From: an uncultured Gammaproteobacteria bacterium
GTDB taxonomy: Bacteria; Patescibacteriota; Patescibacteriia; Magasanikbacterales; GWA2-37-8
Reading direction: 5' to 3'
DNA: 64,000 nucleotides
Assembly: GCA_964510885.1 (NCBI GenBank)
Contig: CAZEDL010000001.1
Span: forward strand, 129,310-193,309
A program made the position numbers and the translations under genes. Shown here one piece after another: positions 36,985 to 46,629 of this stretch. The notes under the pieces are model-generated. The model was not told where the DNA came from, did no database searches, and was given only the letters and a program-made list of their open reading frames with translations. Position 1 is the stretch's first letter, and each line of letters begins with the position of its first letter.

Positions 36985-38466
36985 TTAGCCAAGTTTGGTA
37001 ATCGCCACCCTAATTCTACGCAGTGTTTCATCTTTTCCGAGCACTTCCGCGATCTCGAATGGGCCGGGCGAATTCTGCTGCCCCGACAAAGCCACCCGAA
37101 GCGGCCAGAGCACAGTGCCAGCCGAATACCCTTTTGAAGTAAGCCAATCTTTAATCCCGGTTTCAAGCGCCGTCTTCTCCCAATTAAATGACGCCTCAGT
37201 AAAATAATCTAAAATCTCAGTCAAATTACGCTTGGCTTCTTCGGCTGTACTTTTTTTCCAGACAAGCATGGTTCCATCATAATTTGGAAGCTCGAAAATA
37301 AAGGTGATTGCTGCCGGCAATTCTGCCAACGTGGTTACCCGATCTTTCTCTAACGCTACCGCCTTTGTTACCGCCATAGCGTCAGTAGCAGCGATAGTAA
37401 CAGTTTCAAAAAAAGGTTGTGCCAAATGAGCCACTTCTTCAGGCGTCTTTTTCTTCAAATACTCACGGTTGTACCAATCAAGCTTCTCATGATTAAACAC
37501 TGCTCCAGCTTTATGGATCTGTTCCATCTTAAAATCTTTGACTAATTCCGGCAACGAAAATAATTCCCGTTCATCGCCAGGATTCCAACCCAAAAAAGCT
37601 ACAAAGTTAACCAACGCTTCGGGTAAATAGCCTTTAGTTTGATAATCAGATACTGCCACATCGCCCTGACGCTTGCTGAGCTTTGATTTGTCCGGATTTA
37701 ACAAGAGTGACAAATGGGCAAATTGCGGCGCTTCCCAACCAAACATCTTGTACAACGTCAAATGCTTTGGCGTGCTGCTTACCCACTCTTCGCCGCGCAC
37801 CACATGGGTAATCTGCATCAGGTGATCATCCACCACCACCGCAAAATGATAAGTCGGAAAGCCGTCCGATTTAAGAAGCACCTGATCATCAATCAACTCA
37901 TTTTTAAACCTGACTTCGCCTCGAATCAAATCGGTGAATACGATTTCGCCGCTATCCGGCATCTTCATCCGCACTACATGCTTCTCCCCTGCCTGCACCC
38001 GGCCAACCGCTTCTTCACCAGACAGTTTGGCGCACAGGCCATCATACAAAGTTGGCAGTTTAAGTTCTTGTTGGCGCGCACGCATCGCATCTAATCTTTC
38101 GGCCGTACAAAAACAATAGTAGGCATCACCCTTATCAAGAAGTACTTTGATATATTCCTGATAAATTTCGAGGCGCTCTGATTGAATGTATGGGCCGCAG
38201 ACTCCACTTTGCGTCACCGAACTTTCCCCCGGAACTGAGATAGTATCAAGCGTTACCCCTTCATCAGGAAAAATCCCCGCCCAATACAGTGATTTCAAAA
38301 TATTCACCGTACCATCGGCCACGTAGCGCTCGCGATCGGTATCTTCGATACGCAGCAAAAACTGGCCGCCGTTTTGTTTGGCGAGTAAATAAGAATAGAG
38401 GGCCGTGCGCAGACCACCAACATGCAGATAACCAGTCGGACTAGGAGCAAAACGGGTACGAATCAT
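36985..38466 (-). CDS. gltX: Glutamate--tRNA ligase
   Basis: RFAPSPTGYLHVGG, KLSKR. Confidence 0.97.
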   Translation of the reverse strand: MIRTRFAPSPTGYLHVGGLRTALYSYLLAKQNGGQFLLRIEDTDRERYVADGTVNILKSLYWAGIFPDEGVTLDTISVPGESSVTQSGVCGPYIQSERLEIYQEYIKVLLDKGDAYYCFCTAERLDAMRARQQELKLPTLYDGLCAKLSGEEAVGRVQAGEKHVVRMKMPDSGEIVFTDLIRGEVRFKNELIDDQVLLKSDGFPTYHFAVVVDDHLMQITHVVRGEEWVSSTPKHLTLYKMFGWEAPQFAHLSLLLNPDKSKLSKRQGDVAVSDYQTKGYLPEALVNFVAFLGWNPGDERELFSLPELVKDFKMEQIHKAGAVFNHEKLDWYNREYLKKKTPEEVAHLAQPFFETVTIAATDAMAVTKAVALEKDRVTTLAELPAAITFIFELPNYDGTMLVWKKSTAEEAKRNLTEILDYFTEASFNWEKTALETGIKDWLTSKGYSAGTVLWPLRVALSGQQNSPGPFEIAEVLGKDETLRRIRVAITKLG

Positions 38467-38478
38467 AATTAAACAAGA

Positions 38479-39264
38479 TTACTTAGTGAGGTTCAGAAAT
38501 GGCACTGGCCCAGTCATATACTGGGGCAAATGACCATCCCATTTTTTCACCGCTTCAAGCTCTACAAGGCCAGTGCTACCGCGCAACGCCTCTGCCTGAA
38601 TCCTAATCGCTTCTGCTTCGGCTTTTGATTGCACGATGCGCTGTTCGGCTTCGTATTTAACTTGTTCTAATTTATTTTTAGAGGCCAACGCCTGTTGCTC
38701 GGCAGTTACCTTAGCTTCGATTGCTTCATTGAATGATTCAGAAAAATCAAAACTCACGATATTCACTTCTACGACTTGAATAAAATTTTTACTGAGCCGT
38801 TCCGCCAAGTTCAGTTTCATGTCGGTTTTTACTTGTTCGCGTTTGGTAATTAATTCTTCAGCCGTATACTTGGCCGTAGCTGCTTTAATAGATTCTTGCA
38901 GTGCCGGCGAGAGCAAGCGATCTTCATAATCCAGAGCCACTTGCTTGTAAAGCTCATCTACCTTAGATGCTTCCAGCTGAAAATTTAAGGCAATCTTGGC
39001 CGATACTGTCTGTAAATCTTTACTCGCCGCACTCGCTTGCACCTCTACTTTCAAAATCCGGACATCCACATCTTTCACCGATTCAATGAGCGGCATCTTG
39101 AAGTGCAACCCTTCATCCAACACTCGATTTACCGAGCCGAGGCGTATCACAATCCCCCGCGTACCAGGGCTTATAATAGTCCATGAGCCAAAAATTAACA
39201 CCAACACCACGGCACAAATAAATAATACCGAAACGACTGCACCAACCCCTGTTTTTTCAGCCAT
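38479..39264 (-). CDS. Prohibitin/SPFH family protein
   Basis: TM helix, EGLHFK.P, ASKDLQ, AIEAKVTAEQ, KWDG.LP. Confidence 0.92.
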   Translation of the reverse strand: MAEKTGVGAVVSVLFICAVVLVLIFGSWTIISPGTRGIVIRLGSVNRVLDEGLHFKMPLIESVKDVDVRILKVEVQASAASKDLQTVSAKIALNFQLEASKVDELYKQVALDYEDRLLSPALQESIKAATAKYTAEELITKREQVKTDMKLNLAERLSKNFIQVVEVNIVSFDFSESFNEAIEAKVTAEQQALASKNKLEQVKYEAEQRIVQSKAEAEAIRIQAEALRGSTGLVELEAVKKWDGHLPQYMTGPVPFLNLTK

Positions 39265-39274
39265 ATTTCTATAA

Positions 39275-40048
39275 TTAACCCTTAATAAGATAGTATAAAA
39301 AAGTGATTGTAGCATTACCAATCCGGGAAATTCTACTTGGCTCTCGCCACAAACGATATAACCATTCTAATCCAAGCCCACGCATCAGTAAAGGCGCGCG
39401 AGGCACCTGGCCGGAAATAAAATCAAGCGCCCCTCCTACACCCATGCCAATTTTAATCCCAGCTAGATTGGTCCTATTTTCATAGAGCCATTTTTCCTGC
39501 TTCCCCATTCCAAAAGCGACAAACAGGATATCGGCCTTGGCGGCCCTAATTTTATTCAAAAGATTGGCCTGTTCCCCAGGGTCAATTAGCAATCTTTCAT
39601 TGCTAAATCGGTGAATTGTTAAATTGTTAGTAACTAGTCTTTGTTCCTTAATCACCGGCCCCCTATCCACGCCCACAATCCGGAGCTTCGGAAACTGACG
39701 TAATAATTCTGCTTTTGTTTTATCAAGCACTTCATCACTGCCTGACCCAAGCAAAAAAATATTTTTTCCGGTTTCTTCTGCCACTTGGCACAGCTCAATC
39801 ATAAAATCAACTCCGGGTATCCGCTCTAATCGTTCGCGTCCTGCCAGCTGCAACCCTTTCCCATCGCACAGATTCACATCTCCACTATTCAACACTATTC
39901 TAAAATAACTATCTGTCTGCGCTTTCACTACCATTTCGGGATTAGGGGTAAAGAAGAGAGTACATTTTTCTCCATTCAAAAAATTCCGAGCTGCGGCCAG
40001 TGCCTGATCTTTTGTAACCTGATCTACTCTGACACCTAAGATTTCCAT
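39275..40048 (-). CDS. WecB/TagA/CpsF family glycosyltransferase
   Basis: TPNPE, DG, GVDF, FGMGKQEKW, GVGG, GLEWLYRL; likely start MEILGV at 40048. Confidence 0.92.
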   Translation of the reverse strand: MEILGVRVDQVTKDQALAAARNFLNGEKCTLFFTPNPEMVVKAQTDSYFRIVLNSGDVNLCDGKGLQLAGRERLERIPGVDFMIELCQVAEETGKNIFLLGSGSDEVLDKTKAELLRQFPKLRIVGVDRGPVIKEQRLVTNNLTIHRFSNERLLIDPGEQANLLNKIRAAKADILFVAFGMGKQEKWLYENRTNLAGIKIGMGVGGALDFISGQVPRAPLLMRGLGLEWLYRLWREPSRISRIGNATITFLYYLIKG

Positions 40049-40049
40049 A

Positions 40050-40604
40050 TTATTTAAAAGGTATTTCCTGCACCACGGTATAGTGCGCTCCCGCTCGGGC
40101 AAGTTCGCTTCGCAAAATAGCAATCTTGCCCACCTTCCATTCGAGTGGCCTGACGGCATCATTTGGGAACACGAACGGCTCCGGATGCGTGCAAGGCTTA
40201 ACTCGTCCCAGGGTAATATGCGGTTGCCAAGGCAACTCCGGCATCTTAAACCCAAGCGCGGCGAGAGCGTGATTCAAGAGGGCTTCTAATTCCCGGGCAC
40301 GATACTCGACTTCTTCTGCCCGCATGAAGACTGTGCGAGGATCAGCCACGGTTCCAAAAATTCCCAGTTCGCCAAGTTTCATCTCAAATGGCCTGATTTG
40401 GCTTGCTACACTAGCCACTGTCACTTTCAGGGTTTCAAGCTCGGCAGATTCAATCTCACCCAAAAAATGCAGAGTAATATGAAAGTTAGCTCCCGACACC
40501 CAATTAATCGGTACATCAGGATTAGCTAAGGCCGCTTTTTGAGCGACTTCTGACAGATATTGTTGTACCAGTGGAGGTACTGGCAAAGCCGTAAAAATAC
40601 GCAT
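40050..40604 (-). CDS. thpR: RNA 2',3'-cyclic phosphodiesterase (2H family)
   Basis: MRIFTA and two HITL motifs. Confidence 0.92.
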   Translation of the reverse strand: MRIFTALPVPPLVQQYLSEVAQKAALANPDVPINWVSGANFHITLHFLGEIESAELETLKVTVASVASQIRPFEMKLGELGIFGTVADPRTVFMRAEEVEYRARELEALLNHALAALGFKMPELPWQPHITLGRVKPCTHPEPFVFPNDAVRPLEWKVGKIAILRSELARAGAHYTVVQEIPFK

Positions 40605-40627
40605 AACAAAGCCAGTATATCACCTAT

Positions 40628-40656
40628 TTGACAAATTGTTCAACCCTCGATATACT
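40628..40656 (+). promoter_or_regulatory. Sigma70 promoter of clpB
   Basis: TTGACA-N17-TATACT. Confidence 0.8.
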
Positions 40657-40660
40657 GATT

Positions 40661-40687
40661 TTATCACTCTAATATATAGAGTGATAA
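40661..40687. promoter_or_regulatory. CIRCE-like HrcA operator
   Basis: TTATCACTC-N9-GAGTGATAA versus consensus TTAGCACTC-N9-GAGTGCTAA, at the predicted transcription start of clpB. Confidence 0.8.
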
Positions 40688-40700
40688 ATATTCTTACCCT

Positions 40701-43334
40701 ATGAATTTAGAGAAATTTACTACCAAATCAGTGGAAGCGCTTCACGCGGCCGGCAGAATCGCTCGGGAAAATGGCCAGGCTCATATTGACCCACCTCATT
40801 TATTTTTAGCCTTTCTATTAGATCCGGAGAGTATCGTAATTTCGATCTTAGCCAAGGCGAATGTAAATTTGCAGAACGCTATTTACCAAATGAAAGTTTT
40901 AATCAGTCACTTGCCGAAACAAGGCGATATTAATTCGTATCCAAGCGGGCAAATAATCCTTGACTCGCCATTGGTAGCGTTATTGGAACAATCAGTCGCT
41001 GAAGCTAGAGACATGAACAGCGAATATGTAAGTGTAGAGCATATCTTATTGGCTTTTTTTGTTGATAAAAATGATGTCAGTAACGCTTTTAGCGTTGAAA
41101 ATGTTACCTTTGGGGTGATACAAAAAATTCTTGTAGAAATGAAGGGCTCTTCAGAATTCACGGACTCATTTTCGGGTGAAAAAAAATATGCCATGCTTGA
41201 AAAATTCGGCAAAAACCTGACGGAACTCGCGCGCAAAGAAAAAATTGATCCGGTGATTGGCCGCGATGACGAAATCCGACGGGTAATGCAGATTCTGAGC
41301 CGGCGGACCAAAAATAACCCGGTTCTGATCGGCGAACCAGGTACCGGTAAAACGGCTGTAGTGGAAGGGTTGGCCCAGCGTATTGTAAATGGTGACGTCC
41401 CAGAATCGCTTAAGAATAAAGACATTTTCGCGCTTGATATTGGTTCGCTGGTAGCCGGCACTAAATTTCGTGGCGAGTTTGAAGATCGGCTAAAAGGTAT
41501 TTTAAAAGAAATTTATGGAGCCGAAGGTAAAATTATCTTGTTTATCGACGAACTTCATACGATTGTGGGAGCCGGATCAACTGAAGGCTCGGTTGACACT
41601 TCCAATATGTTGAAACCAGCACTCGCCCGCGGTGAGCTCCATACCATTGGTGCCACTACCCTCAAAGAATATCAAAAATATATTGAAAAAGATGCGGCTC
41701 TCGAACGCCGTTTTCAACCAGTTATTATTAACGAACCTACCGAAGATGATACGGTCGCGATCTTGCGCGGTATCAAAGAAAAATATGAAGTCCATCATGG
41801 GGTACGCATTACTGATAATGCCCTGGTTAGTGCAGTAAAACTCTCCGAACGCTATATTACCGATCGCTTTTTACCAGACAAAGCCGTTGACCTCATCGAT
41901 GAAGCCGCCTCGGCCCTACGCCTCCAGATGGATTCGATGCCGGAAGAACTGGACAAGATGAAACGTTCGATCGTGAAACTTGAAATTGAGAAACGCGCCT
42001 TGCATAACGAGACCGATACTGAATCAAAAGAACGCTTAGCCAAAGTAGAAAGAGAACTGGCAGACATTCATGAACGTAGTAACGAATTTGAAGCTAAATG
42101 GAAAAATGAAAAAGAAATTATTACGCGCATTCAGGATTTTAAAAAAGAAATCGACCAACTTCGCCAACAATCTGAAATTGAAGAGCGGCAAGGTAATTTA
42201 CAAAAAGTTGCCGAAATTCGCTATGGCGCTATCCCCACTTTGGAAAAATCTATTCAAAAAGATGAAAAAAAACTGGCCGAACTGCAACAAAGCCGGGGCT
42301 TATTAAAAGAAGAAGTGAGCGAAGAGGATGTCGCCGGGGTCGTCGCGCGCTGGACCGGTATTCCCGTTAAAAAAATGCTTCAAAGCGAGATGGGTAAACT
42401 GGCCCACATGGAAGAAGTCTTAAAACAAAAAGTTATCGGCCAAGACGAAGCTATTAGGGCAGTGGCTAATGCTATCCGCCGCTCACGCGCGGGAATTTCG
42501 GAAAAAAATCGCCCCATTGGATCGTTTATCTTTATGGGTCCCACGGGAGTTGGTAAAACTGAACTGGCTAAGACGCTGGCGGAATTTATGTTTGATACCG
42601 AAGAAGCCTTAGTCCGTTTGGATATGAGCGAATACATGGAAAAACATAGCGTATCTAAAATTATCGGCTCACCACCTGGTTATATCGGCTATGAAGAAGG
42701 CGGCCAACTTACCGAAATCGTGCGTCGCCGTCCGTATGCCGTCATTCTCCTCGATGAAATCGAAAAAGCGCATCCCGATGTATTTAATTTACTACTCCAA
42801 GTACTTGATGATGGCCGGGTAACGGATGCCAAAGGACGCCTGGTTAATTTCAAAAATACCGTTATTATCATGACCAGTAATATTGGCAGTCGCACCATCT
42901 TGGAATTCAAAAAACGAGGCAGTTTTGGGTTTGAACAGGACCACAGTCAAAAGAAAAAAGATGAACGAGAGATTAAAGAAAAAGTTATGGCTGCTCTACA
43001 GGATCATTTTAAGCCCGAATTTTTAAACCGGTTAGATGAAATTATTATTTTCCATTCTCTTGGCGAAGCCAATATTGAACGAATTGTCGACTTACAATTG
43101 GCCGCAGTGCAAACACGATTAAATGAGAAAAAAATAATACTCTCTCTGGACGCTTCTGCTAAAAAATATATTGCTCAAACCGGCTTTAACAGCGATTATG
43201 GCGCTCGCCCAATCAAACGCCTGATCCAACAGGAAATTCTTGACAATCTAGCCATAAAAATCATTGACGGTACTATTACAGAAGGGCAAACCGTGAGCGT
43301 CAGCCTCGAAAAAGATACACTAAAAATAGTCTAA
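40701..43334 (+). CDS. clpB: ATP-dependent chaperone ClpB
   Basis: Two AAA+ modules ([16 protein letters not shown]), long middle coiled coil (AEIRYG), 877 aa. Confidence 0.96.
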   Translation: MNLEKFTTKSVEALHAAGRIARENGQAHIDPPHLFLAFLLDPESIVISILAKANVNLQNAIYQMKVLISHLPKQGDINSYPSGQIILDSPLVALLEQSVAEARDMNSEYVSVEHILLAFFVDKNDVSNAFSVENVTFGVIQKILVEMKGSSEFTDSFSGEKKYAMLEKFGKNLTELARKEKIDPVIGRDDEIRRVMQILSRRTKNNPVLIGEPGTGKTAVVEGLAQRIVNGDVPESLKNKDIFALDIGSLVAGTKFRGEFEDRLKGILKEIYGAEGKIILFIDELHTIVGAGSTEGSVDTSNMLKPALARGELHTIGATTLKEYQKYIEKDAALERRFQPVIINEPTEDDTVAILRGIKEKYEVHHGVRITDNALVSAVKLSERYITDRFLPDKAVDLIDEAASALRLQMDSMPEELDKMKRSIVKLEIEKRALHNETDTESKERLAKVERELADIHERSNEFEAKWKNEKEIITRIQDFKKEIDQLRQQSEIEERQGNLQKVAEIRYGAIPTLEKSIQKDEKKLAELQQSRGLLKEEVSEEDVAGVVARWTGIPVKKMLQSEMGKLAHMEEVLKQKVIGQDEAIRAVANAIRRSRAGISEKNRPIGSFIFMGPTGVGKTELAKTLAEFMFDTEEALVRLDMSEYMEKHSVSKIIGSPPGYIGYEEGGQLTEIVRRRPYAVILLDEIEKAHPDVFNLLLQVLDDGRVTDAKGRLVNFKNTVIIMTSNIGSRTILEFKKRGSFGFEQDHSQKKKDEREIKEKVMAALQDHFKPEFLNRLDEIIIFHSLGEANIERIVDLQLAAVQTRLNEKKIILSLDASAKKYIAQTGFNSDYGARPIKRLIQQEILDNLAIKIIDGTITEGQTVSVSLEKDTLKIV

Positions 43335-43361
43335 GCATTGCTTAGAACCATCTATCTACTT

Positions 43362-43400
43362 AGCAAAAACCTGGCACCCTCTGTCAGGTTTTTTGCTTTT
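43362..43400 (+). terminator. Intrinsic terminator after clpB
   Basis: agcaaaaacctggca-ccctc-tgtcaggttttttgc. Confidence 0.75.
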
Positions 43401-43468
43401 ATTATTACTATATATATGCTATGCTTAGAGCAAGTCATCAGAGGAGATGTTGCTCGTAATTTTGTAGT

Positions 43469-45694
43469 ATGTCTTCATTCCAAAAAATTTTTGCCAGCCT
43501 GCTTCTAGCCAGCCTATTTGTTCCGCTGGCCGCTGGCGCAGTATCTAGTGCCGATTTTAATCCTAATTTTATTATTTCTGATGCTGAGCTGCAGGATTAT
43601 AACAGCTGGACCAAAGGCGATATTCAAGATTTTTTAACCAGCAAAGGCAGTTATTTGCGTCAATATCAGGCAGCAGATGTAAACGGAACTCAAAAAACAG
43701 CGGCCGAAATCATATACGACTCCGCTCAGACCCACCAAATCAACCCCAAATACCTGCTCGTCACCCTCCAAAAAGAACAAAGTTTAATTACTGATGACAC
43801 TCCCACTGCCCGCCAGCTTGACTGGGCAACAGGCTACGCCGTCTGCGACAGCTGCTCCAAAGATGACCCAAAAGTTGCCAAGCATAAAGGGTTTGGCAAA
43901 CAGGTCGATGCCGGCGCCGGCATTATGCGTTGGTACTATGATAATAAAGATACGCATCCAGTGGTGTTAAAAAAAGATGTTCCGATTAAAATTGACAATA
44001 AACCCGTAACCCCCGGCAGTTGGGCCACTGCCTTTCTTTACACCTACACCCCGCACGAACATGGCAACCTAAATTTTTGGCGCATCTGGAACACCTGGTT
44101 CGAACAAGTCTATCCCGATGGCTCACTGCTCAAATCAGCCAGCAGCTCCGAAATCTGGCTAATCAAAGACGGTCTGCGCCGCAAATTCGCGAACCAATCC
44201 GCCCTTATCACCCGCGCCGATCCAAAACTCGTAATCACCGTGCCAGATATTGAGTTGCAAAATTACCAGCTTGGGCGAGATATTAGCCTGCCGAACTACT
44301 CTGTGCTCCGGGCCGCAAATTCAGGCATGTTCTATTTGCTTGACTATGACACAGTCCGCCCTTTTGCATCCGAAGCAGTGGTGCGCAAATTTGGCTATAA
44401 CCCGCAAGAAATTATCGACGTCAGCGACTCTGATCTATCTACCTATTCTATTGGTTCTATCATCAATACCAGTAGCACTGCCCCAGCCGGGATTATTTAC
44501 CAAATAACCGATTTAAATGATGCCTACTACCTCCTAAAAGATAATACTATCTACCCGCTCGTGGATCGCAAAGTAGCCAGCGTGGTCTACAAACATCTAG
44601 CCCTTGAAAAACATACCAAACAAGATATTGCCGCCTATCCGGTAGCCGACCTGCCCATTTCCTTCCCCGATGGCACCTTACTCAAATCAGCTGATAGCAA
44701 CACCATTTACGTCTTAGAAAAAGGCAAAAAACGTCGCCTGGCGGATGATGACACCTTCACCGGTCTTGGCTATAAAAAAGAAAATATCGTGACCGTCAAC
44801 CTGTTATCCCTACTCACTATTCCAAGCGGGCAAGCTCTGTTCCTCAACAGCAGCCTCTTATCGTCTAAAAATAAATTTTTGGGCGACAGCGAATCCGCAA
44901 TTCCAGATTTGTTCAGCACCAAGCTCCCCAGCTACCTTGTAGCCGAATACCCCTCCGGGCGTTTGCTAAGTGGAAAAAATATTGATTCACAGCGTTCAAT
45001 CGCCTCTTTCACCAAACTTATCACAGCCTATGAAGCCCTGCATGGCGAATATAAAAGAGATAAAACTGCCAAATATTCCGCCAAAAAATACAAAGGCTAT
45101 GATAATAAAATCGGCTTCAAAGAGAATGAGCAGCTTAAAAATGTAGATCTCTTAAACACCCTTCTGGTAGGCTCAATCAACAGTACCGCCGGCTTATTGG
45201 CTGAGGCAGCAGGACTCACCGAAGAGGGTCTAGTTCAAAAAATGAACGACCGTCTTAGCGAATGGGGAGCCGACAATACCACACTGTCAGATGTTAGTGG
45301 TCTTGATGCTAATAATAAATCCACGCCACGCGATCTGCTAAAAATCTTTACCAAAGTCCTAGCTGACTCGACCCTGAACCCTATCCTCAAAAAAACTACC
45401 TACACCTTCAGTGGTATCGCCAATAAAAAAGTAATCAAACATGAAGTCAAAAATACAAACCAGCTCTACTTTGCCACCGGCAAAAAACCAGCCTATACTA
45501 TCCTGGCGAGTAAAACTGGCTACACTGAAGAGGCAGGCAGTGTGCTAATGATGCTGATTGAAGGGGATAAAGACAAAAAACGCTATATAGTTATCACCAT
45601 GGGCAACCCTGACTATACCCGGCGGTTTGAAGAACCAGCTCGGTTGGCAGATTTCGTAGTAAGTGATAAATTCATCATAACGAACAATAAGTAA
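43469..45694 (+). CDS. Secreted multidomain protein with a C-terminal D-Ala-D-Ala carboxypeptidase (S11) domain
   Basis: Signal peptide; N-terminal domain (LQKEQSL, ATGYAVCDSC); repeated PDG.LLK modules; SFTK, SIN and KTG motifs. Confidence 0.8.
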   Translation: MSSFQKIFASLLLASLFVPLAAGAVSSADFNPNFIISDAELQDYNSWTKGDIQDFLTSKGSYLRQYQAADVNGTQKTAAEIIYDSAQTHQINPKYLLVTLQKEQSLITDDTPTARQLDWATGYAVCDSCSKDDPKVAKHKGFGKQVDAGAGIMRWYYDNKDTHPVVLKKDVPIKIDNKPVTPGSWATAFLYTYTPHEHGNLNFWRIWNTWFEQVYPDGSLLKSASSSEIWLIKDGLRRKFANQSALITRADPKLVITVPDIELQNYQLGRDISLPNYSVLRAANSGMFYLLDYDTVRPFASEAVVRKFGYNPQEIIDVSDSDLSTYSIGSIINTSSTAPAGIIYQITDLNDAYYLLKDNTIYPLVDRKVASVVYKHLALEKHTKQDIAAYPVADLPISFPDGTLLKSADSNTIYVLEKGKKRRLADDDTFTGLGYKKENIVTVNLLSLLTIPSGQALFLNSSLLSSKNKFLGDSESAIPDLFSTKLPSYLVAEYPSGRLLSGKNIDSQRSIASFTKLITAYEALHGEYKRDKTAKYSAKKYKGYDNKIGFKENEQLKNVDLLNTLLVGSINSTAGLLAEAAGLTEEGLVQKMNDRLSEWGADNTTLSDVSGLDANNKSTPRDLLKIFTKVLADSTLNPILKKTTYTFSGIANKKVIKHEVKNTNQLYFATGKKPAYTILASKTGYTEEAGSVLMMLIEGDKDKKRYIVITMGNPDYTRRFEEPARLADFVVSDKFIITNNK

Positions 45695-45706
45695 CCCTTT
45701 CACAAC

Positions 45707-45769
45707 TTACGCGTTATAACTTTTCCCTTTGGTAACCAAACGCATTCAGGGGAAAGTTATAACGCGTAA
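45707..45769. repeat. Long intergenic inverted repeat (22-bp arms)
   Basis: ttacgcgttataacttttccct-N19-aggggaaagttataacgcgtaa. Confidence 0.85.
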
Positions 45770-45798
45770 TTCTACACTTTATTCATTAAGTTAGCGCT

Positions 45799-46590
45799 AT
45801 GTCGCTTGTCTTTGCGGGCATTACCCCTCACCCGCCACTCTTAATCCCAAGCATAGGCAAAGAAGCTGCTAAAAAAGTGGAAAAAACCAAATTAGCCCTC
45901 GAAAAGCTGGAAGAAGATATCTACTTAGCCCATCCTGATGTAATTATTATTTTCTCCCCGCACAGCAACCTGCTTAAAGAAGCCTTTACGCTCAACTTGT
46001 GCCCTAAATACCACAGTGATTTGCGTGAATTTGGCGACCTCAGCACACAGCTTACCTTTCCTGGTGAAATGCAGGCGCTGTCATCGCTGCGCAAAACTGC
46101 CGAGAATGCCGGCATGGCCTGCCGCCTGATTAGCGAGCCAACCATTGATCATGGTATAGCCGTGCCGCTTTTTTTCCTGACTAGACATCTTAAAAACACC
46201 CCTATCGTCCCGATTGGTTTTTGTGATGCCGAATGGAAAACGCACCTTGAATTTGGCTATCTGATCAAAGAACAAATCATGAACAGCAACAAACGCGTAG
46301 CTGTAATTGCCTCGGGTGATTTATCGCATGCACTCACAACCGATGCTCCGGCCGGATTCAACCAACGCGGCTCAGAATTTGACCGAAAAGTCCAAGATTT
46401 ATTTGCCGTCCAAAATACCACCGGATTATTACAACTTGATCCTTCGCTCGTGTCTGATGCCGCTGAGTGCGGGTTCAAAACCTTTTTAATGTTAAGTGGC
46501 GTGCTCCGGGGAGTTAACTATACCTACCAGTCATATTGTTACGAAAGCCCGTTTGGCGTCGGATATCTCACTGCCCACTTTGCCTTCTAG
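45799..46590 (+). CDS. MEMO1/LigB-fold protein (AmmeMemoRadiSam protein B-like)
   Basis: PHPPLLIP, SPHS, DHG, ASGDLSH, AAECG, YESPFGVGY. Confidence 0.85.
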   Translation: MSLVFAGITPHPPLLIPSIGKEAAKKVEKTKLALEKLEEDIYLAHPDVIIIFSPHSNLLKEAFTLNLCPKYHSDLREFGDLSTQLTFPGEMQALSSLRKTAENAGMACRLISEPTIDHGIAVPLFFLTRHLKNTPIVPIGFCDAEWKTHLEFGYLIKEQIMNSNKRVAVIASGDLSHALTTDAPAGFNQRGSEFDRKVQDLFAVQNTTGLLQLDPSLVSDAAECGFKTFLMLSGVLRGVNYTYQSYCYESPFGVGYLTAHFAF

Positions 46591-46629
46591 CGTCCCCTTA
46601 AAGCGCGGGTACTTCATGTTCTTCTGCCT

